From Thermoplasmatota archaeon (GTDB taxonomy: Archaea; Thermoplasmatota; Thermoplasmata; UBA10834), in assembly GCA_040751795.1 (NCBI GenBank), contig JBFMHR010000001.1:288001-352000 (forward strand): DNA of 64,000 nt, given 5' to 3'. Position numbers and translations under genes: made by a program. The notes below the pieces were generated by a model that did no database searches, was not told the origin of the DNA, and saw only the letters and a list, made by a program, of their open reading frames with translations. This document shows positions 8,938-18,022 of this stretch, piece by piece (position 1 is the stretch's first letter; each line of letters begins with the position of its first letter).

Positions 8938-10628
8938 TGGCCAGGGTGGGCGTGTTCGTCTGCCACTGCGGGCACAACATCGCCTCGACGGTCGACGTCG
9001 AGGCGGTAGTGGAGTTCGCGAAGGGCCTCCCTGGAGTGGCCTACGCGGGGCACAACCTCTACTCCTGCTCCGAGGAGGGCCTCGGCTCGATAAAGAGGAG
9101 CATCGCCGAGAACAAGCTCGACCGGGTCGTGGTCGCGGCGTGCACCCCGAGGACGCACGAGCCCCTCTTCAGGCGCGCGTGCGAGCAGGCGGGCATCAAC
9201 AAGTACCTCTTCGAGTTCGTCAACATACGGGAGCACTGCTCCTGGATACACACAAAGGAGCCCAGGGAGGCGACCGAGAAGGCCAAGAAGCTCGTCGCCA
9301 TGGGCGTCGCCAAGGCGGCCCTCCTCGAGCCGCAGACCGAGGGGGAGTCCGCGGTCCTTCCGGCGGCGGTGGTCATCGGCGGCGGCGTCTCCGGGCTGGC
9401 GGCCGCGGCCTCTCTCGTGGACCAAGGGATCGAGACGCACCTGGTCGAGGCCTCCGACAGGCTGGGCGGGTTGCTCGCCGAGGTGACGACCATCGGCCCC
9501 GAGAGCACCGAAGCGCGCGAAATCATACGCGGCATCGTCAGGAGGCTGGAGGCGTCCCCCAAGGCACACATCCACCTGAGGTCGAGGGTCGCGGAGGCCA
9601 AGGGCTTCGTCGGCAACTTCGAGGTCACAGTCCGCGGCTGCGACAGCGACCTCAAGGTCCCAGCGGGCGCGATCGTGGTCGCGACGGGGACCAAGGAGCT
9701 CGACCCGACGGGCGAGTACGGCTTCGGCCAGAGGCCCGAGGTGGTGACCCAGCTCGAGCTGGAGCGCAGGCTCGCCAGGGGAGAGAGGCCGCGGAGGGTC
9801 GTGTTCATCAACTGCGTCGGGAGCAGGCAGCCCGGGAGGGAGTACTGCTCCAGGGTGTGCTGCAACGTCACCCTGAAGAACGCGCTCATGCTCGCGAAGG
9901 CCTCCCCCGACTCCAGGATACATGTCATACACAGAGACATCATGAGCAGCGGCACCGCGGCGGAGAGGCTGTACAAGGAGGCATCGGAGAGCGGGGTGAA
10001 GTTCCTCAGGTACGGGCTCGAGAGGGTCCCGGAGGTCGTGGCGGGCGGGGACGGGGTGGAGGTCCATGTCTACGACGAGACGCTCGAGGAGACCGTCCAC
10101 CTGGGCGCCGACCTGGTCGTGCTGGCCGTGCCCATGGTCCCTCCGGGGGACTCGGAGGCGACGGCCAAGCTCCTGAAGGTCCCGAGGGACAAGTTCGGCT
10201 TCTTCCTCGAGGCTCATGTCAAGCTCAGGCCCGTCGAGTTCGCCACCGACGGCGTCTTCATCTGCGGCTCGGCGAGGTGGCCGGTCAGCGCAAGGGAGTG
10301 CATCTGGCAGGGAATGGCCGCGGCCGCCAAGGCGTCCATACCCATCAAGGAGGGCAGGGTCGTCATACAGGCCATCACCGCCGAGGTCGACCCCGACAAG
10401 TGCGCCGCGTGCGGCAACTGCGTCCTCGCCTGCCCGTACGAAGCCATCGAGGTCGTCGAGCAGGACGGGCGCAGGGCGGCCAAGGTCAACGAGGCGCAGT
10501 GCAAGGGCTGCGGCACCTGCGTCGCCGCGTGCCACAACGACGCCGTGAGCCAGAAGGGCTTCACGAGCGGTCAGCTCAGCGCGATGGTCGACGCCCTCGT
10601 CAAGGCGGCGCTGGAGGTGCCGAGATGA
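8937..10628 (+). CDS. hdrA: HdrA-like flavoprotein (N-terminal domain, FAD core, C-terminal ferredoxin)
   Basis: ATG overlaps upstream TGA; RVGVFVCHCG, ACTPRTHE, NIREHCSW, NCVGSR..YCSRVCC, CKGCGTCVAAC. Confidence 0.9.
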   Translation: MARVGVFVCHCGHNIASTVDVEAVVEFAKGLPGVAYAGHNLYSCSEEGLGSIKRSIAENKLDRVVVAACTPRTHEPLFRRACEQAGINKYLFEFVNIREHCSWIHTKEPREATEKAKKLVAMGVAKAALLEPQTEGESAVLPAAVVIGGGVSGLAAAASLVDQGIETHLVEASDRLGGLLAEVTTIGPESTEAREIIRGIVRRLEASPKAHIHLRSRVAEAKGFVGNFEVTVRGCDSDLKVPAGAIVVATGTKELDPTGEYGFGQRPEVVTQLELERRLARGERPRRVVFINCVGSRQPGREYCSRVCCNVTLKNALMLAKASPDSRIHVIHRDIMSSGTAAERLYKEASESGVKFLRYGLERVPEVVAGGDGVEVHVYDETLEETVHLGADLVVLAVPMVPPGDSEATAKLLKVPRDKFGFFLEAHVKLRPVEFATDGVFICGSARWPVSARECIWQGMAAAAKASIPIKEGRVVIQAITAEVDPDKCAACGNCVLACPYEAIEVVEQDGRRAAKVNEAQCKGCGTCVAACHNDAVSQKGFTSGQLSAMVDALVKAALEVPR

Positions 10629-11044
10629 CCGAGTTCAGCCCGACCATACTCGCATTCTGCTGCAACTGGTGTTCCTATGCGGGAGCTGACCTGGCGGGGG
10701 TCAACAGGCTCCAGATGCCGCCGAACGTCCACGTAATAAGGGTCATGTGCAGCGCGAGCGTCAAGCCCGAGTACGTATTCAAGGCGATATCCCAGGGGAT
10801 CGACGGCGTCCTCATCCTCGGGTGCCACATCGGGGACTGCCACTACCTCACGGGCAACCACAGGACCGCGAAGCGCATCCCAGTCGCCAAGAGGATACTC
10901 AGGGACGCCGGGATCGACGACAGGCGCGTCAGGCTCGACTGGGTCAGCGCGGCCGAGGGGGAGAAGTTCCAGCAGGTCATCACCGAGTTCGTCGGCGAGG
11001 TCAAGGCCTTGGGGCCCAACCCCCTGAGGGAGGTGAGGATGTGA
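10625..11044 (+). CDS. mvhD: MvhD-type [2Fe-2S] subunit
   Basis: ATGA overlap; FCCNWCSYAGADLAG, RVMCS, GCHIGDCHY, WVSAAEG. Confidence 0.92.
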   Translation: MTEFSPTILAFCCNWCSYAGADLAGVNRLQMPPNVHVIRVMCSASVKPEYVFKAISQGIDGVLILGCHIGDCHYLTGNHRTAKRIPVAKRILRDAGIDDRRVRLDWVSAAEGEKFQQVITEFVGEVKALGPNPLREVRM

Positions 11045-11841
11045 ACGACCTCGCGCGGAGGCTCGTCACCATCGCCTTCGAGGAGCGCGGGGCGGACCGC
11101 CTCCTCCTCATGGCCGAGCGCCACGGGAACGTGGGCCCGGTGATGGTGGAGAAGGGCCAGGACCCGGGCGACGCCAGGGTCGACGTGCCCTACCAGCTCG
11201 TCAACATACTGAGCAACCTGATACCGTTCGTGGGAAGGGCGAAGGTCGCCGTGGTCTGCAGGAGGTGCGACGAGAAGGCCCTGGCGGAGCTCGCGAAGAG
11301 GGGCATCGTCGACGACGCCAGCATCGTCAGGATCGGGCTGGCCTGCACCAAGGAGCAGGTCGAGAGGTGCAGGTGCTCCGACTGCGTCCCGAGCAGGGTG
11401 GACATCGGAGAGCCGGCCGAGCCGTGCCCCGAGGACACCCTCGCGTCCGAGCTCTCGTCGATGGGCACCGAGGAGAGGTCCGCGTTCTGGATGCGCCAGT
11501 TCCGCAAGTGCAACAAGTGCTTCGGCTGCACCCTGAACTGCCCGGTCTGCTTCTGCGACGACTGCGTGCTCGAGGAGAGGACATACACGCCCGAGGAGGG
11601 CATCCCGCCCGGGCCAGCGTTCCACCTCATCAGGTCGTTCCACCTGGCGGACAAGTGCGTCGAGTGCGGGGAGTGCGAGCGCTCGTGCCCGGCGGACATA
11701 CCGCTGCTCACGTTCAGGAAGATGGTGAACAGGGACATGAGGGACCTGTTCGGCTACACGGCCGGCGACAGGGAGAGGAGGAGCCCCCTCCTGACCACGC
11801 TGGACGACCAGCCCCTGGAGGATGACGGCCATGCGTGTTGA
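11041..11841 (+). CDS. FdhB/FlxB-like 4Fe-4S dicluster protein
   Basis: GTG after GGAGGTGA; CRRCD, CNKCFGCTLNCPVCFC, FHLIRSFHLADKCVECGECERSCP. Confidence 0.75.
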   Translation: MNDLARRLVTIAFEERGADRLLLMAERHGNVGPVMVEKGQDPGDARVDVPYQLVNILSNLIPFVGRAKVAVVCRRCDEKALAELAKRGIVDDASIVRIGLACTKEQVERCRCSDCVPSRVDIGEPAEPCPEDTLASELSSMGTEERSAFWMRQFRKCNKCFGCTLNCPVCFCDDCVLEERTYTPEEGIPPGPAFHLIRSFHLADKCVECGECERSCPADIPLLTFRKMVNRDMRDLFGYTAGDRERRSPLLTTLDDQPLEDDGHAC

Positions 11842-13867
11842 GCACGTCCTGACCACATGCCCCTACTGCGGGACCGGCTGCAGGTTCTACCTGCAGGTGG
11901 TGGACGGGAGGCTCGTCGGCGTCGTCCCGTGCAAGACGGACGAGATCAGCCAGGGGCGGCTGTGCATCAAGGGCTACAACGCCCACGCGTTCGTGCAGCA
12001 CCCGGAGAGGCTCACTCACCCCATGGTCAGGGAGGGCGGGCAGCTCAGGAGGGCGACCTGGGACGAGGCGCTGGACAGGGTCGTGTCAGAGGTCAGGAGG
12101 ATCTCCGCCGAGAACGGCCCCGACTCCGTCGTCGTGCTCGCGTCCGCGAAGTGCACCAACGAGGAGAACTACCTCTTCCAGAAGCTGGCCAGGGCGGCGA
12201 TAGGCACCAACAACGTCGACCACTGCGCCAGGCTATGCCACGCGTCCACCGTCGCGGGGCTCCTGATGTCCTTCGGGAGCGGCGCGATGACCAACACGAT
12301 CCCCGAGTTCGAGGGGGCGGACTGCGTCCTGGTGACCGGCTCGAACACCCTCGAGGCGCACCCCATCATAGGCGCGCGCATGCTCCGCGCGTACGACAGG
12401 GGGGCGAAGGTCATCGTCGTGGACCCGAGGGACACGCCCCTGTCGAGGATCGCGTATAGCGCCCTCCACCAGCAGCCAGGCACCGACATCGCCTGGATAA
12501 ACGGCATGATCAGGGTCATCATCGAGGAGGGGCTCCACGACGAAGCGTTCATCGCCGAGCGCACCTCCGGGTTCGAGGAGCTCAGGAGGACCGTCGAGCC
12601 CTACACCCCCGAGAAGGTCCAGGAGATCACCCAGATACCCAAGGAGAGGCTCGTCGACGCCGCGCGCACCTACGCGAACGCCGAGAGGGCGATGATCGCC
12701 TACGCGATGGGGGTGACGCAGCACAGCAACGGCACCAACATAGTGCGCGCGCTAGCGAACCTCGCGATGGTCACGGGCAACATAGGGAGGGAGTCGACAG
12801 GCGTGAACCCGCTCAGGGGCCAGTGCAACGTCCAGGGCGCGTGCGACGCCGGCGGGCTCCCCGACCTGTTCCCCGGCTACCAGAGGGTCGAGGACGCTGA
12901 GGCGAGGAAGAAGTTCGAGGCGGCCTGGGGCAAGGCTCTCCCGCCGACCAAGGGCACCACCCTGACCTGCGCGATCAAGGATGCGCTCACGGGCAAGGTC
13001 AAGGCCATGGTCATATTCGGCGAGAACCCGATGCTCTCCGATCCCGACCTCGCCCACGTCCAGGAGGCGATGGAGGAGCTCGAGTTCCTCGCCGTCGCCG
13101 AGATATTCCCCACGGACACGACGAGGCTCGCCGACGTCGTCCTCCCCGGCGCATGCTACGCGGAGAAGGACGGGACGTTCACCTCGACCGACAGGGCCAT
13201 CCGGCCGGTCCACAAGGCGGTCGACCCGCCGGGCGAGGCCAGGCCCGACTGGGAGATCGCGTGCGAGCTGGGCCGGAGGCTCGGCGGGCAGGGCTTCGAC
13301 TTCGGGTCGCCCTCCGAGGTGATGGACGAGATGGCGAAGCTCGCGCCGCAGTACGGCGGCGTCAGCCACGAGAGGGCGGACAGGCAGGTCCTGAGGTGGC
13401 CTTGCCCGAACAAGGAGCACGCGGGCACGCCGGTGCTGCACGTGGGCGGGTTCAAGATGGGCAGGGGGGTCCTGGTCCCGGTCGACCACGCGCCCCCCGC
13501 GGAGGAGACCTCCGATGAGTACCCGCTGATACTGACGACCGGGAGGAACCTATTCCACTTCCACACCGGCACGATGACCAGGAGGTCTCCGAAGCTGGAG
13601 CGGGAGGCCCCTTCGCCGTACGTCGAGGTCTGCCCCGCCGACGCTCAGAAGCTCGGCGTGTCGCACGGCGACCGCGTTCGCGTGGCCTCCAGGAGGGGCG
13701 AGATAACCCTCGAGGCGAGGGTGACCGGCTGGATCATGCCGGGGGTCGTGTTCATCCCGTTCCACTACGCCGAGGCGGCCGCGAACAGGCTGACCAACCC
13801 CGCCCTGGACCCCGTGGCGAAGATACCGGAGTTCAAGGTCTGCGCGGTCAGGATGGAAAAGGCGTGA
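11822..13867 (+). CDS. fdhA: Formate dehydrogenase alpha subunit (Mo/W-bisPGD, Cys type)
   Basis: CPYCGTGC..LCIKG, NNVDHCARLCHAST, LRGQCNVQG, PEFKVCAV. Confidence 0.93.
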   Translation: MTAMRVEHVLTTCPYCGTGCRFYLQVVDGRLVGVVPCKTDEISQGRLCIKGYNAHAFVQHPERLTHPMVREGGQLRRATWDEALDRVVSEVRRISAENGPDSVVVLASAKCTNEENYLFQKLARAAIGTNNVDHCARLCHASTVAGLLMSFGSGAMTNTIPEFEGADCVLVTGSNTLEAHPIIGARMLRAYDRGAKVIVVDPRDTPLSRIAYSALHQQPGTDIAWINGMIRVIIEEGLHDEAFIAERTSGFEELRRTVEPYTPEKVQEITQIPKERLVDAARTYANAERAMIAYAMGVTQHSNGTNIVRALANLAMVTGNIGRESTGVNPLRGQCNVQGACDAGGLPDLFPGYQRVEDAEARKKFEAAWGKALPPTKGTTLTCAIKDALTGKVKAMVIFGENPMLSDPDLAHVQEAMEELEFLAVAEIFPTDTTRLADVVLPGACYAEKDGTFTSTDRAIRPVHKAVDPPGEARPDWEIACELGRRLGGQGFDFGSPSEVMDEMAKLAPQYGGVSHERADRQVLRWPCPNKEHAGTPVLHVGGFKMGRGVLVPVDHAPPAEETSDEYPLILTTGRNLFHFHTGTMTRRSPKLEREAPSPYVEVCPADAQKLGVSHGDRVRVASRRGEITLEARVTGWIMPGVVFIPFHYAEAAANRLTNPALDPVAKIPEFKVCAVRMEKA

Positions 13868-13870
13868 AAG

Positions 13871-13898
13871 GGCGGGCGCGCGCACGCGCATGCCCGCC
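13871..13898. terminator. GC hairpin between convergent fdhA and MFS gene
   Basis: GGCGGGC...GCCCGCC inverted repeat. Confidence 0.5.
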
Positions 13899-13912
13899 TG
13901 TTTGGTGGAGTT

Positions 13913-15184
13913 TCACTTCTTCTGCGGCGGCCTTATGACCACAGCCATCGCGAATGTCACCAGCGAGGCGACGCCCACGGCGACGAACACCCAGGCGAAG
14001 CCGCCGCCCTCGGACCCTGCGAGCAGGCCCGGGATGAGCGAGCCCAGTATGCCCGCGGCGCCGTAGCCCGTGAACACCAGCCCGTAGTTCACGCCGAGGT
14101 TCTTGGTGCCGAAGTAGTCAGCCGTCGCGGACGGGAACAGCGCGAAGTTGCCGCCGAAGGTGAAGCCGATCGCGGATGCGAACGCCGTCAGCCCCGCGAA
14201 CTGCACTATCTCGCCCTCGGGCTTGGCCCATACGAAGGCGGCCGCGCCGAAGAGGATGAGCGCCTGGACCAGGAACACTATCCTCATGGTCTTGTTCCTC
14301 CCCAGGTGGTCGGAGACCTTGCCCCAGCCGATCCTGCCCGCGCCGTTGAAGAGCGCGAGTATGCCGGCGATGGTCTGCGCCTGCGCCACCACGAGCATCG
14401 ACTTCGTCGGGTCCAGGTACGCGGCTACGTTGCTCACGTTCCCGATCATCATCAGGCCGGCCGTGGCGGACAGGAGGAACATCAGGTTCAGCAGGATGAA
14501 CGGCCTCGTCTTCACCATCTCGTGCCAGTCGTAGTCCACGGAGTGGCCGTTGTGCCTCGAGTTGGGGTTGAACCCCTTGGGCAGCCATCCGGCAGGCGGG
14601 TTCCTCAGCAGCTGCGCCCCGACGACGACCATCGCGATGAAGATCAGGCCCATGTACAGGAACGAGTTGGAGAGCCCGTCGTCAGAGGCGTTGATTATGT
14701 ACTTGCCCACCTGCGTGAATATGAACGCGCCTGCGCCGAAGCCCGCGACGGCTATGCCGCTCACGAGCCCCTTCTTGTCCGGGAACCACTTGACCACGGC
14801 CGCCAGAGGGCAGACGTAGCCCAGGCCCAGGCCGAGGCCGCCTATCACGCCGTACGACAGGTACAGCATGGCGATGTTCTCCGTGAAGAACGAGGCGACG
14901 ACGTAGCCGGCGCCGAACACGAGGCCGCCGATGGTCGCCACGACCTTCGGGCCCTTCCGGTCCTGGAGCCGGCCCGCGAATATCGTCGTCACGGCGAACA
15001 CGGCCAGCGCGGTCGCGAATATCCCCAGTATGTAGAACGAGGTCCTCGAGTAGCCCAGCGTCTCCGAGAGCGGGCCGGTGAATATCGAGAACGCGTAGAC
15101 GGAGCCCAGGGCGAGCTGTATCAGCAGCGCGCCCACGACGGGCACCCATCTGTTCGGTGTCTTCCCCTCACTTGCGGTTTCCAT
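13913..15184 (-). CDS. OFA (oxalate/formate antiporter-like) MFS transporter
   Basis: LGSVYAFSIF, KWFPDKKGLVSGIAVAGFGAG, NGAGRIGWGKVSD, FGTKNLGVNYG. Confidence 0.87.
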   Translation of the reverse strand: METASEGKTPNRWVPVVGALLIQLALGSVYAFSIFTGPLSETLGYSRTSFYILGIFATALAVFAVTTIFAGRLQDRKGPKVVATIGGLVFGAGYVVASFFTENIAMLYLSYGVIGGLGLGLGYVCPLAAVVKWFPDKKGLVSGIAVAGFGAGAFIFTQVGKYIINASDDGLSNSFLYMGLIFIAMVVVGAQLLRNPPAGWLPKGFNPNSRHNGHSVDYDWHEMVKTRPFILLNLMFLLSATAGLMMIGNVSNVAAYLDPTKSMLVVAQAQTIAGILALFNGAGRIGWGKVSDHLGRNKTMRIVFLVQALILFGAAAFVWAKPEGEIVQFAGLTAFASAIGFTFGGNFALFPSATADYFGTKNLGVNYGLVFTGYGAAGILGSLIPGLLAGSEGGGFAWVFVAVGVASLVTFAMAVVIRPPQKK

Positions 15185-15225
15185 CTTATCTCTCCGGATT
15201 CTCTTGTGTGTGACCATTCTCAGCT

Positions 15226-15783
15226 TCAGACGAACTTCACGGCCCCGGTGCGCAGGTCATACATCACGCCGTACACCGAGAGCCTGCCCTTCTTGACCGC
15301 ATCCCCGATCACGGCGCTGCCGTTCACGAGGCGCCTCATCTGGACTCTGACGTTGCACTCCGCGACCTTGTCGAGGTCCTTCGCGTCGAGGCCCTTCAGT
15401 CCCTTCCGCGCGGAGTCCATGTCCCCGAGCACCCCGCCGAGGTTGTCGATGTCGCAGCAGTCGCACGACGCCTTGACCGCGCCGCAGCCTGTGTGGCCCA
15501 TCACGACCAGGGCCTTGACGCCGAGGTGGGCGGCCGCGTACTCGAGGCTGCCCAGGACGGTCGGGTCCGCCGCGCAGTTGCCCGCGGTCCTCACGACGAA
15601 CGCGCTCCCCAGGGACAGGTTGAAGACCTTCTCCGGGTCGACGCGCGAGTCGGAGCACGCGAGTATGGCGACGAACGGCTCCTGCTTCTCCGATAGCCTG
15701 GCCAGCATGCAAGGGTCGGCGGCCTTGCTGAACACGTTGTTGCCGTCCAGCAGCCTCCTCCTGACATCCTCCGCATGGTCCAT
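15226..15783 (-). CDS. Beta-class carbonic anhydrase
   Basis: CSDSRV, RTAGN, GSLEYA, GHTGCGAV. Confidence 0.92.
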   Translation of the reverse strand: MDHAEDVRRRLLDGNNVFSKAADPCMLARLSEKQEPFVAILACSDSRVDPEKVFNLSLGSAFVVRTAGNCAADPTVLGSLEYAAAHLGVKALVVMGHTGCGAVKASCDCCDIDNLGGVLGDMDSARKGLKGLDAKDLDKVAECNVRVQMRRLVNGSAVIGDAVKKGRLSVYGVMYDLRTGAVKFV

Positions 15784-15860
15784 CGGCTCTCACTCCTCGC
15801 ACTGGTTGGGAACTGATACCGGAGGGGCCGGGCCCCTCCGTGGAAAAGAAAGGGGTTTGC

Positions 15861-17615
15861 CTAGTCTTCCAGGGTGGAGACGTCGCCTATCGGGAGGCCG
15901 AGCTCTCTGGCCCTGAGCAGCCTCCTCATGATCTTGCCGCTCCTGGTCTTGGGGAGCGTCTTGACGACCTCGATCTCCCTCGGGTACGCGTGCCCTGCGA
16001 GCTTGCTCTTGACGTGCTTCTGTATGTCCGCCTTGAGGGCGTCGCTCTCCGTGTAGCCAGGGGTCAGGACGATGAACGCCTTGATGATGTTCCCCCTGAG
16101 CTGGTCGGGCTTGCCTATGACGCCCGCCTCGGCGACCGCCTCGTGCTCGATGAGGGCGCTCTCGACCTCGAAGGGGCCGACGCGCTCGCCCGCGGTCTTG
16201 ATGACGTCGTCGGCGCGGCCGACGTACCAGAAGTACCCGTCCCTGTCGATCTGGGCGGTGTCACCGGTGTAGTACCAGCCGTTGCGCATGTACTCGTTGT
16301 ACTTCGCCGGGTTCTTCCAGATCTGCCTCATCATGGACGGCCATCCGGGCCTGATCACCAGGTTGCCCTCCTCACCCTGCTCCAGGACGTTCCCGGCCTC
16401 GTCGACGATCGCGGCCTCGACGCCCGGCAGGGGCTTCCCCATCGAGCCCGGCTTGATGGGCATCTCGGGGAAGTTGGTGATCAATATGCTGCCCGTCTCC
16501 GTCTGCCACCAGGTGTCGTGGAAGGGCTTGTTGTCGAAGACGTCCAGCGCCCACTTGACGCCCTCGGGGTTCAGCGGCTCGCCCACGGAGTAGAGCGCCC
16601 TGAGGCTCTCCAGCTTGTACTTCTTCGGCAGGTCGTCACCCTTCGCCATCAGCATCCTGACGGCCGTCGGGGCGGTGTACCAGATGGTGATCTTGTGATC
16701 CTGGATGGTCTTGTACCACCTCTCCGGGTCGAACCTCCCGCCGAGGCCCACCTGCGTGACGCCGTTCGACCACGGGCCGAGGACGCCGTAGACGACGCCC
16801 GTGACCCAGCCGAGGTCGGCCGTGCACCAGTAGACGTCGTCGCTGTGGATGTCGAGGACCCAGTTGGCCGAGAGGTGGGCCTGCACTATGCCCTTGTGGG
16901 CGTGCACCACCCCCTTCGGCTTGCCGGTCGAGCCGGAGGTGTAGAGGAGGTACATGAACTCCTCGGGGTCCATCGGGACCGTGTCGAACTTGTCGGAGGC
17001 CGCGGCCATCTCCTTCTCCCAGCTCAGCTCGCCGGGGGCGACATCCTTGCCGACTATGATCGTGTGCTTGAGCTCTGGTAGCTGGTTCTTGACCTCGTAG
17101 TACCGCTTCTTGAGGTCGCTGTCAGTCACGAGGCAGACCGCGCCGCTGTCCAGGAGCCTGTCCCTGATGGCGTCCGGGCCGAACGCGGGGAACATCGGGC
17201 TCGAGATGGCGCCGCACTTGATGGCCCCGAGGAAGCCGGCGTAGAGCTCCGGGGACCTCTGCAGGAAGAAGAAGACCCTGTCCTGCCTCTTGACGCCCAG
17301 CTTCTTCAGCACGTTCGCGAACTTGTTCGTCTGCTCGTAGAGCTCCTTGAAAGTGACCTTCTGAACGTTGCCCTCGCCGTCGTCGTAGATGAGCGCGACC
17401 TTGTTGGCCCCCGGTCCCTTCGCGTGCCTGTCCACCACATTGTAGGCGGCGTTGATCTTGCCACCAGGGAACCATTCGACCATCTTGTCGGCGTCGGACC
17501 ACTTGAAGGTCTTCCTCAGCTCGTCGTACCCCTGGAGGTTGGGCTTCAGCCTCAGCTTCGCAGGGTCCTTCTTGATGATTCCACCGCTAATCAGTTCTGT
17601 GCTCTTCTCTGCCAT
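15861..17615 (-). CDS. acsA: Acetate--CoA ligase (AMP-forming)
   Basis: YTSGSTGKPKG, WCTADLGWVTG, DTWWQTETG, LPKTRSGKIMRR. Confidence 0.92.
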   Translation of the reverse strand: MAEKSTELISGGIIKKDPAKLRLKPNLQGYDELRKTFKWSDADKMVEWFPGGKINAAYNVVDRHAKGPGANKVALIYDDGEGNVQKVTFKELYEQTNKFANVLKKLGVKRQDRVFFFLQRSPELYAGFLGAIKCGAISSPMFPAFGPDAIRDRLLDSGAVCLVTDSDLKKRYYEVKNQLPELKHTIIVGKDVAPGELSWEKEMAAASDKFDTVPMDPEEFMYLLYTSGSTGKPKGVVHAHKGIVQAHLSANWVLDIHSDDVYWCTADLGWVTGVVYGVLGPWSNGVTQVGLGGRFDPERWYKTIQDHKITIWYTAPTAVRMLMAKGDDLPKKYKLESLRALYSVGEPLNPEGVKWALDVFDNKPFHDTWWQTETGSILITNFPEMPIKPGSMGKPLPGVEAAIVDEAGNVLEQGEEGNLVIRPGWPSMMRQIWKNPAKYNEYMRNGWYYTGDTAQIDRDGYFWYVGRADDVIKTAGERVGPFEVESALIEHEAVAEAGVIGKPDQLRGNIIKAFIVLTPGYTESDALKADIQKHVKSKLAGHAYPREIEVVKTLPKTRSGKIMRRLLRARELGLPIGDVSTLED

Positions 17616-17897
17616 CTCTTCACATCCAGTGTCGGCCCGACCCGTTCCTGGGACATCTCACGGGCCTTTCTCGCGACTTGGGCTGCCTCGTGCCTATGAC
17701 TGCATGCGCGACGCTGATGCCCGTAGATCGCGCATCCGTCGATGCGGCCGCGCGCGCGCTTCACCGAAGCCCGCGCGCTGGCCGACGAGGCTCATCCCGG
17801 CGACGGCATTTGTGCTTCCCTTATAAGGTTTTTCGATGCGACAACGGCGATTTCACACACTCTCATATTTGCCTAATCGCGCACCGTCCGATGCCGA

Positions 17898-17914
17898 CTG
17901 ACGATATTCGTCAG
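17898..17914. promoter_or_regulatory. Perfect palindrome, Lrp/Ptr2-like operator upstream of the acs promoter
   Basis: CTGACGA-TAT-TCGTCAG; minus-strand TATA at ~17821-17826. Confidence 0.55.
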
Positions 17915-18022
17915 AATACGACGAAAAGCGAATCGAAACGGGCATCGGCCCCGGCCTGCGGGCACCTTGTCGTCCGCGGGCCAACGCAAACCGGAGCCGC
18001 CGGCGGTTTGTGTACCCTGGCC

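Noticed and set aside
8930-8945. Frameshifted single large hdrA
   Set aside because: The second gene has its own SD and a TGATG overlap, and the same split recurs at 22142
7630-11044. Methanogenesis inferred from hdrA/mvhD
   Set aside because: No hdrBC, mcr or mtr in the window, and the context is THF-based
11822-13867. Selenocysteine or pyrrolysine recoding in Fdh, HdrA or MvhD
   Set aside because: The active site reads ARLCH (Cys) and the frames are uninterrupted; I saw no in-frame TGA/TAG splitting a recognisable protein
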